From contig OZ286465.1 of NCBI GenBank assembly GCA_965644265.1, positions 89,280,001-89,344,000 of the forward strand: a DNA stretch of 64,000 nucleotides. The letters are read 5' to 3'. A program made the translations under genes and the position numbers. The notes under the pieces were generated by a model. That model ran no database searches. It saw nothing but the letters and a program-made list of their open reading frames with translations, and had not been told where the DNA came from. Shown here one piece after another: positions 14,481 through 28,800 of the stretch (the first letter of the stretch is position 1; the number at the start of each line of letters is the position of its first letter). Source of the DNA: Glycera tridactyla (taxonomy: Eukaryota).

Positions 14481-15112
14481 CTGCACATTTGCGGGTGGAT
14501 GGACGGACAGGCGGGTGGACGGGAAGGCAGACAAACAGACTCACTTACGCATATTCAGACAAACACCCGCATCTCACGAAGTGATAAATGGGCCTGCCGG
14601 CCGTGATATATTTCTCGGGTATTTTGCGCGTGTTTCCTGCTTCACATTGACCCATCCATCTTTGGTTTCTGAGACTGCATGAAAACATTTAACTTCATTT
14701 TTACTTCATTCTGTCGCTAGACGACGCATGACTCGCTGCCAACGGCTGCTGGTAAACGTCTTCACTAATTGAAATTGAAAGCGGAAAGCAGTCCGTGATC
14801 TAGTGAAGCACCGGAGAGACAGGTCGGACAGAAAGAAAAATGTCCCATTAGTGGCAAAACATGGCATCAGTGCGACAGAAGTAAGCCACACATGTATTGT
14901 CCGATAGTAAATACATGCCCGGGCACACCAGGTCCATGCATATAGGGGAATTCTCCATATTCATTCATGGAATCTAGCTCTGGTGTGGACTGAAATTCCA
15001 GGCCCGTGAGTGAGGAGCAAATTTGAAATTCATCCTTGTGATCCATATTGCAGAGTTTCCGTGATCCTTTTACTATGGGTCATAAAAAAAGTGCTCTGTC
15101 CTGTGTTGCCTA

Positions 15113-16010
15113 GCCCAGCCCAGCCCAACTCAGCACAGCCCAGCACAGCGCAGCACAGCCCAGCACAGCCCAGCACAGCGCAGCACAGCACAGCACAGCA
15201 CAGCACAACTCAGCCCAGCCCAGCCCAACTCAGCACAGCACAGCACAGCACAGCACAGCACAGCACAGCACAGCACAGCACAGCACAGCACAGCACAGCA
15301 CAGCACAGCACTGCCAAGCTCAGCCCAGCCCAGCACAGCCCAGCACAGCCCAGCACAGCCCAGCATAGCACATCACAGCCAAACACAACATAGCACAGCA
15401 CATTACGGCACAGCAGAGCGCACTCGCACAACACGACACTCGCACAACACGACACAACACAGCCCAGTCCAGCCCAGTCCAGCCCAACACAGCTTAACAC
15501 AGCCCAGTCCAGTACAACACAACACAATATCAGCTCAGCCCAGTCCAGCCCAACCCAGCACAATGCAGCCCAACACGGCATAACACCGCCCAGCCCAAGC
15601 CATCCAAGGCCAGCCCATCCCAGCCCGGCCCAAGCCAGGCCGGGCCGGGCCATCCCGGCCCAGCCAATAACAACACAACACAGCCCAGCCCAGCTCAGCC
15701 CAGCCCAACCCAGCACAATACAGCCCAACAGGGCATAACACCGCCCAGCCCAGGCCATCCAAGGCCAGCCCATCTCAGCCCGGCCCAGGCCAGGCCGGGC
15801 CGGGCCAGCCCAGCCCAGCCAATAACAACACAACACAGCCCAGCCCAGCTCAGCCCAGCCCAACACAGCTCAGCTCAGCCCAGACCAACACAGCCCATCC
15901 TAGCCCAACACAGCTCAAAACATCCCAGCCCGGCACTCGCACAGCTCAATATAGCACAGCACAGCACAGTGCAACACGACACAATACCATACAGCTCAGC
16001 ATGGCATAAC
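15113..16010. repeat. Pentanucleotide satellite (CAGCA/CAGCC/CAACA variants) with an internal ~157-bp higher-order duplication
   Basis: Pentamer units seen directly. The block starting CAGCTCAGCC recurs at 15531, 15691 and 15846. Confidence 0.9.
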
Positions 16011-16485
16011 ACGCTACATCATTGAAAAGCATAGGCAGACACCTAATCTGTTCCGTGCTAATCCATAAATTGAATGGCATAGCACATGGATGAAATGAGC
16101 AAATCAACAGATTAGTGCAGCCAATGAATAATCATGCACGTGTTAATGTTCGACAAACTTCTTAAACTTTAATTTGTTCAACACGCTTCTTTCACAAGTA
16201 TGCGTCTTTTGTTCAATCCAGGCGGATATTAGAGAATGCTCTCTTTGCCTGCAGTATGCTCAAGATGTGGAGTACCATAGTGCGTTTTATTTGCCAGACA
16301 TCCGGTTTTATCCCGCCTTTGCAGATCTGCTTCCATTGCTTCTCTCATCCTGCATATGGGATAATACATATGCAGGAGGAAAGAGACAATGGGAAACAAA
16401 GATAATCGGATAGCCTTGTCTTCTCTTCGAATTGATACTCAAATACTGATCATCCTTAATCCATGATAGGGAACTATCATATTTA

Positions 16486-18345
16486 ATGATATGATATGAT
16501 ATGATATACTTTTTATTTTAATTCGTACAAAATAATTACCCCTCTAGGAGGCATATCCAATCAGACGGAAAAAACAATAGAATATTACATTCTATAACAC
16601 AATATAACATGAGTGTTTTTGAATGAATGTTCAGGTTAGTAGGATTAGTATGATGACATAATAGCACAAAGTATTTCAAATTATAATTCAATTACTAGCT
16701 CAATTCACTATGAGTATCGTAGACATAGCTCATAGAATATATTTAAAACAGTCAAGTTCGCAGTTCAAAAGACCGAAATTGCAAAATCTACTGATACCAT
16801 CCTCACTTATCTCCGGCCGGGCAATGGTGAATATTTTAGAATAGTAAAAATGAAATAGCGATGAAATAAAATAAAATAAGATAAGATAATGTAATGTACT
16901 GGAGGCATTTATGACCCACATCTTTCTGATATACTTTCTAATAGTAATGATGATATCCTATTAGATCCACTGTATAGACTCGACATGTCATAGTTTTATA
17001 AATAAGTTCAATTTTTCTTCAAAGGAATTACAATCACATTGGAAAAAGTCAGGAAATTTCTTAGTAAATTGGTTCCAGCTATTCGCTGAGCGATATCTAA
17101 AAGATCGTTCAGTCTGTTTATTTAAAGGTATGTATGTTTCTGAAAATGGTCTCTGTCTAGATCTAGTAGAATATTGGTGGGTATTGTCCTCTAACTTACA
17201 GAGAGGAGTATATATAATATGAATCTTTTCTTGAATAATCTTATTTACATAGATAAGAGAATCATATGTTCTTCTAGTATCAAAATATGGAAGTTCTAAT
17301 ATATTGTGAGTTAACTTAGAGCTTGTGAGTCTAGGGCTACAAGTTATTGCCCGCAGTGCTTTGTTTTGTACACGTTGAAGCTTCACGGAGTCAGATAAAT
17401 TTAAGCAATCGTAAACTATGTCACAATAATCAAAGATGGGCAGGATAAGGGTCCTATACAGCATCAGGGCCATTAATTGACTTATCACGGCCCTGAGCCT
17501 GCAGAGGACCCCCACCCTGCTCATAGTCTTCTTTCGTATATATTCTGCATGTCGGGAAAAATTTGAGAAATTATCTAATATGATTCCTAGATATTTAAAT
17601 TCTGTAACTTTTTCTATTCATGTTGATTCATATTCAATTTCGAAGTTGAAATTTTTGATTTGCAAGCGAGATCCAAGGATCATAATTTTCGTTTTACTGA
17701 GATTGAGACTGAGACGGTTCCTCTTTAACCAAGTGCTTACATTATTCAACGATTTTTCAAGTTTGATTTTCAATAATCAAGGATTTTCGTCATTTTCAAT
17801 AATAGCTGTGTCGTCTGCATAGAGACTGATACTGGGCCCCTTCATGTAATGTGTTAAATCATTTACATAAATAGTAAATAGTAAGGGGCCCAGTATCGAT
17901 CCTTGTGGGACTCCGCAATTCACAATTTTTCCCGTAGAAATGACTCTGTTCACTTTAACTTGACATACTCGATCAGACAAATAACTTGACAACCAGGAAT
18001 TACATATTTGGTCTGTCCCATGGTCCACCGTGTCAAAAGCCTTCTTCAGATCCAGGAAGAGCACTCCACTGGTTGTTCTATTTTCCATATTGAGAAATAT
18101 TTTATCCAAGAATTCCAATAAACATGAACCAGTGGAGCAGCCCTCTCTGAATCCAGACTGCTCCCGACACAGCAGGCCATGGGATTCAAAATATCCTGCA
18201 ATCTGAAAATGAACCACCTTCTCTAATAGCTTGCTAACGGTACTTAGCAAGCTCATAGGACGGTAATTAGCCTCGTCTGACCGGTTACCATCTTTATATA
18301 AGGGCACAATAGTTGCTACTTTGATAATGGTATTTCGGTAGGGTG
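16486..18345 (-). mobile_element. 5'-truncated, frameshifted non-LTR retrotransposon (CR1/L2-group LINE): ORF2 RT remnant plus 3' UTR and tail
   Basis: Minus-strand translations give RT motifs NYRPMSLL, FLDLKKAFDTVDH, GVPQGSILGPLLF and YADDT (17777-18361 ORF), then frameshifted LNLSKTKIM and FKYLGIILD, and the C-terminal LILPIFDYCDIVY (16988-17524 ORF). It ends in AATAAAAAG plus an (ATCAT)4 tail (16486-16505 on +). Clade assignment is by motif recognition only. Confidence 0.88.
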
Positions 18346-18851
18346 CACATGAAATGCACACGTTCTATTTGTCGAAATATTCCCACTTCTCGCAAATGAT
18401 CGAATATGTCTGCTGGTTCAACATCTATGCACATTGTAATACTTTTCTCTGATGTGTGGTAGTTTTCCACAGACGAGGAAACAAATCTTCAGCTACTAGA
18501 CGCAATTAGGATTGCCTTTGTGACCTGGCAGCATTCTGACACTGGCTCACCCTCTCTCATGAGCTGCATGAGTCAAAATGTGTAAGTTATTGGAACTTCC
18601 ACTGTTTCTGAATATAGCTCGTTATGTCAATCTTCATGTAAACAAAAAGGGTGAAAAAAAAGGTTTCGGCAAGCCTCGAAAATTGCACCTTGAGTGTTTC
18701 TGGATTTCAAATATTTGAACTGGCAGTTTAAACACGAGTAGTACAAGGTATGCCTCTCCAAGAAAAATGAGTAGCCATATAATGTAAGGATAGCATGGCT
18801 AACTCTTGTAACTGCATGTAAATTGAAACTCAATTGATAGACGGGACACAA

Positions 18852-19802
18852 GTTGGGGCTAGTCAGCTGCCTGATATGTACTTCAGGCTTCTGGCAAAGT
18901 TCAAGATACAGATTTGGGCTAGTCAGCTGCCTGATATGTACGTCAGGTTCTGGCATAGTTCAAGATACAGATTGGGGCTAGTCAGCTGCCTGATATGTAC
19001 GTCAGGCTTCTGGCAAAGTTCAAGATACAGATTGGGGCTAGTCAGCTGCCTGATATGTACTTCAGGCTCCTGGCAAAGTTCAAGATACAGATTGGGGCAA
19101 GTCAGCTGCCTGATATGTACGTCAGGTTCTGGCAAAGTTCAAGATACAGGTTGGGGCTAGTCAGCTGCCTGATATGTACTTCAGGCTTCTGGCAAAGTTC
19201 AAGATACAGGTTGGGGCTAGTCGGCTGCCTGATATGTACTTCAGGCTCCTGGCAAAGTTCAAGATACAGATTTGGGCAAGTCAGCTGCCTGATATGTACT
19301 TCAGGCTTCTGGCAAAGTTCAAGATACAGGTTGGGGCTAGTCAGCTTCCTGATATGTACGTCAGGTTCTGGCAAAGTTCAAGATACAGGTTGGGGCTAGT
19401 CAGCTGCCTGATATGTACTTCAAGCTTCTGGCAAAGTTCAAGATACAGATTGGGGCTAGTCAGCTGCCTGGTATGTACTTCAGGCCTCTGGCAAAGTTCA
19501 AGATACAGGTTGGGGCTAGTCAGCTTCCTGATATGTACGTCAGGTTCTGGCAAAGTTCAAGATACAGGTTGGGGCTAGTCAGCTGCCTGATATGTACTTC
19601 AGGCTTCTGGCAAAGTTCAAGATACAGGTTGTGGCTAGTCAGCTGCCTGATATGTACTTCAGGCTTCTTGCAAAGTTCAAGATACAGATTGGAGCTAGTC
19701 AGCTGCTTGATATGTACTTCAGGCTTCTGGCAAAGTTCAAGATACAGGTTGTGGCTAGTCAGCTGCCTGATATGTACGTCAGGTTCTGGCAAAGTTCAAG
19801 AT
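18852..19802. repeat. 60-bp minisatellite, 16 copies, with recurrent 59-bp variant units
   Basis: Consensus TTGGGGCTAGTCAGCTGCCTGATATGTACTTCAGGCTTCTGGCAAAGTTCAAGATACAGR. Observed spacings 60,59,60,60,59,60,60,60,59,60,60,59,60,60,60. Confidence 0.95.
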
Positions 19803-22800
19803 TCAGAATGAGGACGGGAAAGTCTTAATCTGCGGATATCCATTCATCAAGTTGTCAACGCTCTCCGGTCTTACAAGTCAGTATCAGCGCGCGCAGAGTT
19901 GTGATGTGACACCGTGTGACATAATTACATCTTCTTACACCCCAGCTCTTCACGCGCTCCATATGCACCTCAACCTCCTGTACTCAATTGTAATTGAGGC
20001 CATCACCTCAATTTCCGACTCTACAGCATGAGTCGTGTGCATGATATATACGTGAGATCATCAATAACACCAGTAAAGTCAGGCATGACACCTGGAGCGT
20101 ATGTGCATGTAGTACTTTTTCCCCTTCTGGAGGTTGCTCGGTTCGAGTTCAAGGGTAATCCAGGAGATTATGTGAGCCGATTATCCCAGATCTCTGCAGT
20201 GTGATTGCATCCTTCCTCACTGACATCCTCACACAGACCCTAGAACAAAATGATGGGGACCAAGATATTAAGTCACATGGGTATGGCTGGATATTCAAGC
20301 ATACCTCCGACGACATGAAATGTAACTGATGATCCACTGTATGACCTAACGATATAATTGACTGGAAACTGACACTCAAGATTGAAGCGACGCCAACACA
20401 AACAGGGTGACGTCATCAATCCATGCTTGCTTTGGTTTGTGCGTGGAGTGGAAGTTAAGCCTTGTTGATCTGAACGACACAAATACTTACAGACTTAAGC
20501 ATAAGAAAACATGCTCAATAATAGCTACAAAAACTACAGCAACAACAGCAGTACAAGAAATACTTAGTGCTGGTGATATCGAATATCTTATTCACATGCT
20601 AGAGATTGCGCCAACTGTGTCATCTCGTTCATGTCACGTGAAGCTATTATCTGCAGCAGCCATCAAGTGTAATCTTGGATAATTATGCCGTAGATGAAAG
20701 TGCTGCCAGAAAATATATATGGCAGCGGTACGATGGCGTTTTTTGCACACGCTGTGAGTGGTCACTTCCATCATGGTTGTCAGCACCAGTCCAAGATAGA
20801 CGACGGGACCAAGGNNNNNNNNNNNNNNNNNNNNNNNNNNNNNNNNNNNNNNNNNNNNNNNNNNNNNNNNNNNNNNNNNNNNNNNNNNNNNNNNNNNNNN
20901 NNNNNNNNNNNNNNNNNNNNNNNNNNNNNNNNNNNNNNNNNNNNNNNNNNNNNNNNNNNNNNNNNNNNNNNNNNNNNNNNNNNNNNNNNNNTCCAACCAT
21001 CTCCACTTCTCTCTAGTGTTATCTGATGGATTCCATTACTTTAAGTACTATACATCACTCAAAATGCTCGAATGTCTGTGAATGACATTACTCTTTCCCG
21101 CTCATTGGCGAACTAAGACGGGAAGTTTAGAATGATTCCAACCATGTATCATGTGTGAGCATTTCAATATATCCTACTTCAATCTACCAACCAACATAAT
21201 TGTATCTTCTTTCGCATAATACAGCAGCCTATTGCATTTCTTTGTTCATGGAACTGTACTTTGTTTGTGAGCACTGGTTCCAACCAGAAATATAGTTCAT
21301 CAGTTCATCAGTCCGCTATGTAGTGGAGGCGATTCTGAACGGACAGCCACTTCTACCATACAACCTATTAAACTACCCAACATCTTGGGTTCAGGGTGTG
21401 TATGTGTGAGAGAGATGACTGCAAAGGTAGAGTTGGGAACAAGTGAGTTGTATAATTATGTGGATTGATGTCATTCAAACTCAAACTTCATTGTTTAGAC
21501 ATGGTCTGAGTGGTGGCCCCATCATAGATCTTGTTGGGAAATTGTGGTAGGCAGGTGTCGAGTTGACCCATTTCTACATCAGCTGAAGCCATGCAGCAAT
21601 GGTGTAGGTGTGAATGAGTATGCACAGCAAGGGGGATGATATGAATAAATATACCATTCATCAATGTATGGTGGCTGGACTCTTCATATTCACCTTTCAT
21701 CAAGCATGAAAGATATCCTGACATAGAGAGAAGTCAGCAAGTCGGAGTGTTAAGATGGCCTGGTCTTGCTCACGCTCAGCTTCTTCAGAGAAGCATCAAT
21801 TTCATTGGAATAGACGACTGCTCAAGATACGACTGATCTGCACTGATGAAATACTCCACCACAACATTATTGATATGTCTCACAATTGATTTACACGTTT
21901 GGCTAGAAACATATCGCTAGTGATAACATTCTGATCTTTCCAGCATTTGGTGTTTTCGTCTTGTTTAGGTTAACACCCACCGTCCCTAAGGAAATCGATA
22001 TGTTCTGTTCCAGATGGTAGGCATGAATTGTCGAGTAGGTGCAATGCCAATGGACAGACACATTTTATGAAATAGATATGTGCTGTTCATTATGTTAGGC
22101 AGGCATCATCAGCAGGAGACTAGATCTTTGAAACTGTACGCAATACTAGTTGTTTGAATGTGCTCAACAGTTAACCTCCTGCGTGTGGTAGAGCAACCCA
22201 CTCTATAGAAGTACGTCTTCTGTACTCGCGAGTCTCGGTACCTTATCAGCCTCATCCATTCAACAGGATCAGCTGTCCACGATGTATATCGTATTTTGTA
22301 TAAAGTGTTCATACATGATAATGTAATTGTCACTGTGTTGTGCTTCAACTGTAATGCTCACATCGATTTGAAGAGAGTCGTGTCTAGTGTATATTCCTTT
22401 CAGATATGGTTACTGCGACGATTTGAAAGAAATATAGAGGACAGACTGAAAGTCGACAGGTTGCAAGCCAATGTTGCAACCCAATGGAGGATATCTGATT
22501 GTTATACAATGAATGTCTTGTCCTTTTCAGGCATAACTAGCACGAGAGAGTAGGGATTTCAGTGAGGGCCACTTATTAAGCTTCAAGTAGTGAGTGATTT
22601 CCCCTCATATTGATCTATCCTCGTATTATTTTCTGAGTACTAAAGACAAATAATATGCACGTCTAAAGATTCGCATGAAGAGTGTGTACTAATAGGTAAT
22701 GCATCTACCCAAGTAAATATTTCGTTTTGCTGTTTTTTGTCAGTGTCAGAACTATGTACCAGCTCAAGCCTGGAACTTTTCTGGAATAAATTACTTTAAC

Positions 22801-25800
22801 TATTAAATCATTACATTACATTTTGTTCATACTTGGTGATCCACATTTCAGATCCGGTTGATGTTTTTGATCAGTATTAACATTGATTTTTACCAACATA
22901 TCATATCAAACAAATGTTCGTCGTATACCGCATGTTTTTCATTTATACTACTTCCACCTAATTGATAATTTTTTTCTCGTTTACTTTGAAACTACGCAAT
23001 ATGTGCAAAACTGTCGAATGGTCATGAAAGCCTGAGCCCTACAGAGTGCGCACAGGTGAATTCCACAAGGATCAGTATTCAGCCATGTGCTGTCCCTTCT
23101 TCCCGATGATTAAGAGGTGACCACGGTATGTGATGGCGGTCGACCATACCTCCCTCTACATGCCACGTGCGATCACTCATGCTTCAGGCGTCCAAACCTC
23201 GTGAGCCTACTTGCCCAACTCAACAATAACAATATCACTAATGATGTGTTTATCTTTCATGAGCTTCATCCGCGCATTGATCACTCACTGAACTAATCGG
23301 GTAAGTACCTCGAATACGACCGGTATTTCCCTCACTATCAACACTCACTATATGCCTGGATCCTTGATATAGCATTCGACTAAAATACGCCCAGTTTTTT
23401 CTTTGATATACTTTAATTGTTGCACAGCGTGAGTCAAGGCAGATAACTTCTTTATTGATACATCACATGCCTCGACCTAATGTATCTCCTATCATCATCA
23501 GAGACAGTTGCTACATGAAAATCGACATGTTCTTCACGACATCTGCAGAGCATTTGGTGAAATGATATAGAAATCACGTGGGGTTCGTCATCATCGAAAC
23601 CACAATTTCGGGGAATGTGGAATACAATAGGCTCGAACGTGAGTACGGCTAGATGAAGAGCATGGGTTTCGGGTGTCTGTGTGAGGAGGAGAGTGTGCTC
23701 CTGGCTGAGGTATTCCACTGCTAGTTTGTTGTCAGCTCAGCTCATAGACCACTCCCCCTGAACGAACTAGGTGGTTGGCGCCATACTGGAGATTAAGGTC
23801 AAATGCACAAGAAATCAGATGATTTTCAGGAGTAATTTGGGCATTCCAATGATATATAGCAGAATATTGTCTCATTCTGAAATACAATATTTTCACCCAG
23901 AACTTGATTGCCTAGATATGCTGTGAAAAGTATTAAATGATTTCAACACGATGTCATAGATTATCTCTTTACTGCATTGAATGATGGCATTATCATGCAT
24001 TGTGATATTAAGCTGTGAAATATTCATCATTCGAGCAGAGTTGCATCATCCATCATCACAAGCACATATCAGCTTTCAACGCCATGAAAGCATCACCTAA
24101 TCATGCTTATAATTTAGCATGGGCCAACCCAACCATCACTCATGATCTAATCAGCCATCAAGCTAATGGCAGTATGGCCTCCTAATAATGTCAATATCTA
24201 ATGTGATGAAATTGACGTGCCTAAAGTCATAACTTCAGTTGAGTGGTGTTTCAGAGTAATAGTATAATTGATTGCACATAAATTTTCTTTCCCGTCTTTC
24301 GGTGATGGCACCAAACTGCAAAATGTCAATTGCACCATGAAGCAGAAAATGACAGCATCGCGCGTCTTGAAAGTCATGCCATCAGTGTCTGTGTATCTAA
24401 CGAATCTTCATCTCTCTTTGAGACACAGGAGGGACCCAGATGGTGCTAACAAAGCAAAGAACGCATAAGTAGACGAAGCGACATTATATGCTAGGGTGGG
24501 TGGCACGTTGTATGGCTCAAAGTGAAATACGAATATCAATCAGATTACAATAGCTCATGGCGTCTAACGAGAAGCGAAATAATCTCGGTGTTGAGGATCT
24601 CAAGAAAATGTATGGGACTGGTATGTGGGGATATTTTCTTGCGTGACTATGGATTTCCCACTAACAACTGCCATAGCATAATCTCCACCCCCATCTTTAT
24701 TACTCTTAAATTTTAATGTTTCATGTTTCACCGTTCGTTGGGTATACAGAAGGGGTGTCTTTGGGAATATCAGTTGCAAGGGTTTGCCTGCATCGAATGA
24801 TTTCGATTGTTGATAGAGGCTAGGCAACAAGGTTTATCATCACAAACATCGAACAGAAACAAACAAAAAATCTCTCAATTCAAGAATTCTACACATTACA
24901 CCACATATATTCACTGGGAAAGATCCAGTGTTCTTAACTTTAGATCACCCTCGATAGAAATAAACGTGATTCAGTAGTTACGATGCCTTAGTAAATGTCC
25001 TAAAAATCACTACTCATTCAGATAACATTTGCGGTGCTTAAGATCCAAGCCATGGAGGCTGAAGTCTTTTAGACTAGGGCCGAGTTAGCAGTGAATTGCG
25101 CAGCTATATTACGGAATCGGGAGCGAGGTTCCCATTGAGATAATTGGACAAAGTTCGCCATTCTATATCGGACCCACACCATTACCCTGATCTATGAATG
25201 GTCTGTGTTCCCTCTCACAGGATGCAGGTTTACATGAAGGTGACTGAGTGGAATCTCTATACTCCATCTCTTCACTCCAATCACATGTGGATGACTGGCA
25301 ATATGCCTATCGAAAGTGGAGGCAATTCTGGATTGATGGACCTATGCATTTAATTCCAAGTTTAGAGCTTTGCCTGCCAAGGAATAAAACTTGGTAGAGC
25401 TAATGGAGATCACCAGAATGTGAACCACTTCATTTTTCTCGAGGACGGCATTCATGAGAGAACACGCTGGTGGACTGTGTGAGTGATGTCCGCAGTGGAC
25501 AGAACAGAGCTTTCTTTGAATGTGAAACAGGGCATACATAATCCTATGATTCCCCGTCACGTGTTCAGGGATTGTGAAAGTGTTGCCTGCAGGGGACAGA
25601 ACATATAGTTTTCGCAGACGAGAAACACAAGCGATACCTGATAGCTGTGATGGCGGTGGCGGTATCCATGGTTACAGCAATGGTGGTTTATTGGTAACAA
25701 GATCAAGAGCATCTGTACGGGCATCGGGACTCTCATAGTAAGAGATAGTTACTGTTATTCAGCGGATATCAAAGCATGCAGGAAAAAACGGCAGGCCACG

Positions 25801-28800
25801 TTCTCCACAGGAGACATTAATTTCCTGGTAGGAGATCAAATATTGCCTCCGTTACACTAGAGGCTGCGCTCAATCAGTCCGCCTGGTTCCTGTCGACATG
25901 TGTACATGCCACGCAGTTCTGCTAGATGGCAATCAGCCGGCACATGTCTTCCTGTCCATATTCGCCCTTGCCTTCCTAAGAAACAGATGGAGAATCTGAT
26001 GTAGGTGTTTCCCTCACCAAATCGCCAATACAATAGGCTTACGTAGCATTGCGAAATATATACCTCGTGTAGGTGGTTGTAAACTCGCCCTACACACTAC
26101 CACGCCATCAGGAGTCAAATAAGTCGTCCTGACGCTCTTGTCTTGGTTTGTATTGTTTTACCAGTTTCTTCCGAATAGCTCTGAAGTTGCCCCAATACAA
26201 TGTCAGTTCCTCGCTGAATAATGTGCAGGAATCATTATAGGATTTTTTTCGATGATGATTTTCCAAGAAATGTGGCTCTCTATTGTGAATCTGATTGAAA
26301 GTATCATATTCCAGGAGGTAGCCCTTACCAGTCATGTGAATAAATATGTCCTTACTGTAGGGGGATTGTCCCGGGCAATATACCCAAGAAGGCTGACCCC
26401 CCCAAAAAGGAGCAAACAACAATAAACCAACTTCACATCGGTTCTTTCACTCCACCCTAACCCTTCTCCAGAATGGCCTGGCATGTAGGCGGTGGATGGG
26501 GCACCTGTAGCTGATGCTGTCACTTTAGATGAAGCAGATGCCGGGCTCGCCTGATCTGTAATACAAGGGCTGCGATGAAGATTTTCAGTAACAGGTACTG
26601 ACCCGATTCTCGAAAGGTGTTCGAAGATATCAAAAACTCCACAAAGGAAGACATTTGTCACACTACCACAGTGTCATGCTGGTCTGGTCACTCGGTCTTT
26701 CAAATACTGCTACAATGTCTAATGGATGTGGAGTGAAACCATCGCGTGTCAACTTCCCATGCGATGACCATTGCTAACATGCTCACGTGTTAGCTTCCAA
26801 ATGTAAATTTAAATATAGTGGTTTAGAGTCTGGTACCACATCGAGCTCACCCAACTTCACAATTACATTCCCTGGCAGGCCTGTTCAGGCTTGAGCCTCT
26901 CTTATCTCCGGGGAGAGCATACAACCACAAACACAGAGTTTACCGCATGGACTGAGGGATCTACGAGGAGGAGCCCTGCTCACTGTTGTGAGCAGTGCTA
27001 CTCAGTTGGGAAGTGGGGTGTCCATCCCAACGTCAGTAATGCCACACACGCAGCATATATGTATGCCCTCTGAAGGTCCGTCAGATTATTCGATGTGGGC
27101 AGGGTGGGTCTGAACTGTCGATTGCTTCCACTTGACAATCTTCTTTCCCCTGTCAGCTTGTTTCGAGGATGCTTGCGACATGCAATTCAATTTGATTTGA
27201 TACTTTTTTTGTACGTGATCAGTATATAATATACAAACACAATTGCTCCAACACTGGAGCGTTTCCGGCCTGACCGAAATATAACTGGGTGATAACAATT
27301 CGCAGCCTTGTTAATGAGATATGAGATGATAGGAGTGATGATGAAACATGACAAGATGTGACAAAATGTTTGGCGAGAAGCTAGAAGTTTCACTGTATGA
27401 CAGTTGGATACTACTCGATGAGCCATTCTCTTCATGATACTATTTAGGATGCAAAGAATGAAGCTTGATGACTGTACTATCAGTTTGATGATGGATTTCA
27501 ATACGGCACAACTAAATTATCATGTTATTGTATGATTTACATTACTTGTAATGAAGGTAACAATAGGGGTATATTAGAACAAGATGATTGCCAAGGAAAT
27601 TGAGAGAACAGTGTATGAGATGTTCATAAAGTTTCTAATTCGATCTTTGAAAGGCTTTCGATCGCAGCTGTGAAAGTTATCAAAACATCCAAGGCTTCGG
27701 CTTGTTTTGTTCCTGGGCAATATACTTCTAGATATGGCTTCAATTCCCCCCTAACCATCCATCACACCCTTCTAGGAAGATGGATGCAGCTCATTAAGAC
27801 GAAGTAAGGTCCCATGATACCTATTCGATTCATGCCAGTTGGATAATGCTGGAAAATTGTCCCTAAAGCCTGCTTGGTCGAAGCATAGAGTCAAGTGGGT
27901 TGGGGCCTGATATAAATATATGGATATCGACTAAACGGATGGATAAATATTGTGGTTTGCCACGTCTCTTTCAATTATGCATCCTTATTGATCACTATCG
28001 ACACTTGTCTGCCTTGTTTCCGGATACAATCAAATGTAATATATATCCAAACATCGCAAATGATGACTTGAAACACCACCCATTTTCTCTATGATGACCT
28101 CCATGTCAATTCCAATGATTCTGAGCTCATTTAAAGGACGGATATTTGTTTAAATGTTAGCTCCGATCCGATTAAATAGGTCCACATACATTAAAATGTA
28201 GGTAGATGCGTGCTTGAACCAATATGTACTCTCACGTCCTTGGGTGTTAAATTTTGCCTTCTGGGTATCATGGATCACACATACCGGCAAACTCCTGCCA
28301 GACAACCAACCAACCAATCAATCAATCAAACAACTGACTCAGTGAGAAGTGCAATAATGAGTGGTCGCTCCGTTTACTGTACAATTGTGGACGGGAGGAT
28401 ACCTGGCCTGGTGAGACTCGTTGACTTCTTTAGAGAGCGAACATCGCTGGATTGATTTTGTTCAGTATGCCGACCAATCTAGCAACCAAACCGCTACCAT
28501 CCACTCGATCGGTCAATCAATGGACCGACCGTCCGCCCAACCAGCCGCGGGATACATAATCCTCTGGGTTTATATATGCCATTAAACCTCGATCAAACAA
28601 ACACACAAATCAGCCAAACAAACAGCCAGTCAATCAGCCAGCCGTGCAAACACCTGGAAGCTCAATCCATCCACATGTCTGACTGTCGCTGTCTGTCTGT
28701 CTGTCTGTCTGTCTCTCTGTGTGTCACTCTTTTGTATGTATCCNNNNNNNNNNNNNNNNNNNNNNNNNNNNNNNNNNNNNNNNNNNNNNNNNNNNNNNNN

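Noticed and set aside
10017-14534. ORFs of 100-210 aa across microsatellites and N gaps
   Set aside because: Low-complexity or X-filled translations
15010-15866. Long Cys/Ala/Trp-rich and AQHST-repeat ORFs (up to 218 aa)
   Set aside because: Translations of the pentamer satellite
18852-19802. Hairpin-containing repeats resembling a CRISPR array
   Set aside because: No unique spacers, no cas genes, and a eukaryotic context
18627-19828. Many overlapping ORFs with 20-aa repeats (e.g. EVHIRQLTSPNLYLELCQKP)
   Set aside because: Artefact of a stop-poor 60-bp unit; the 59-bp variants repeatedly break the frame
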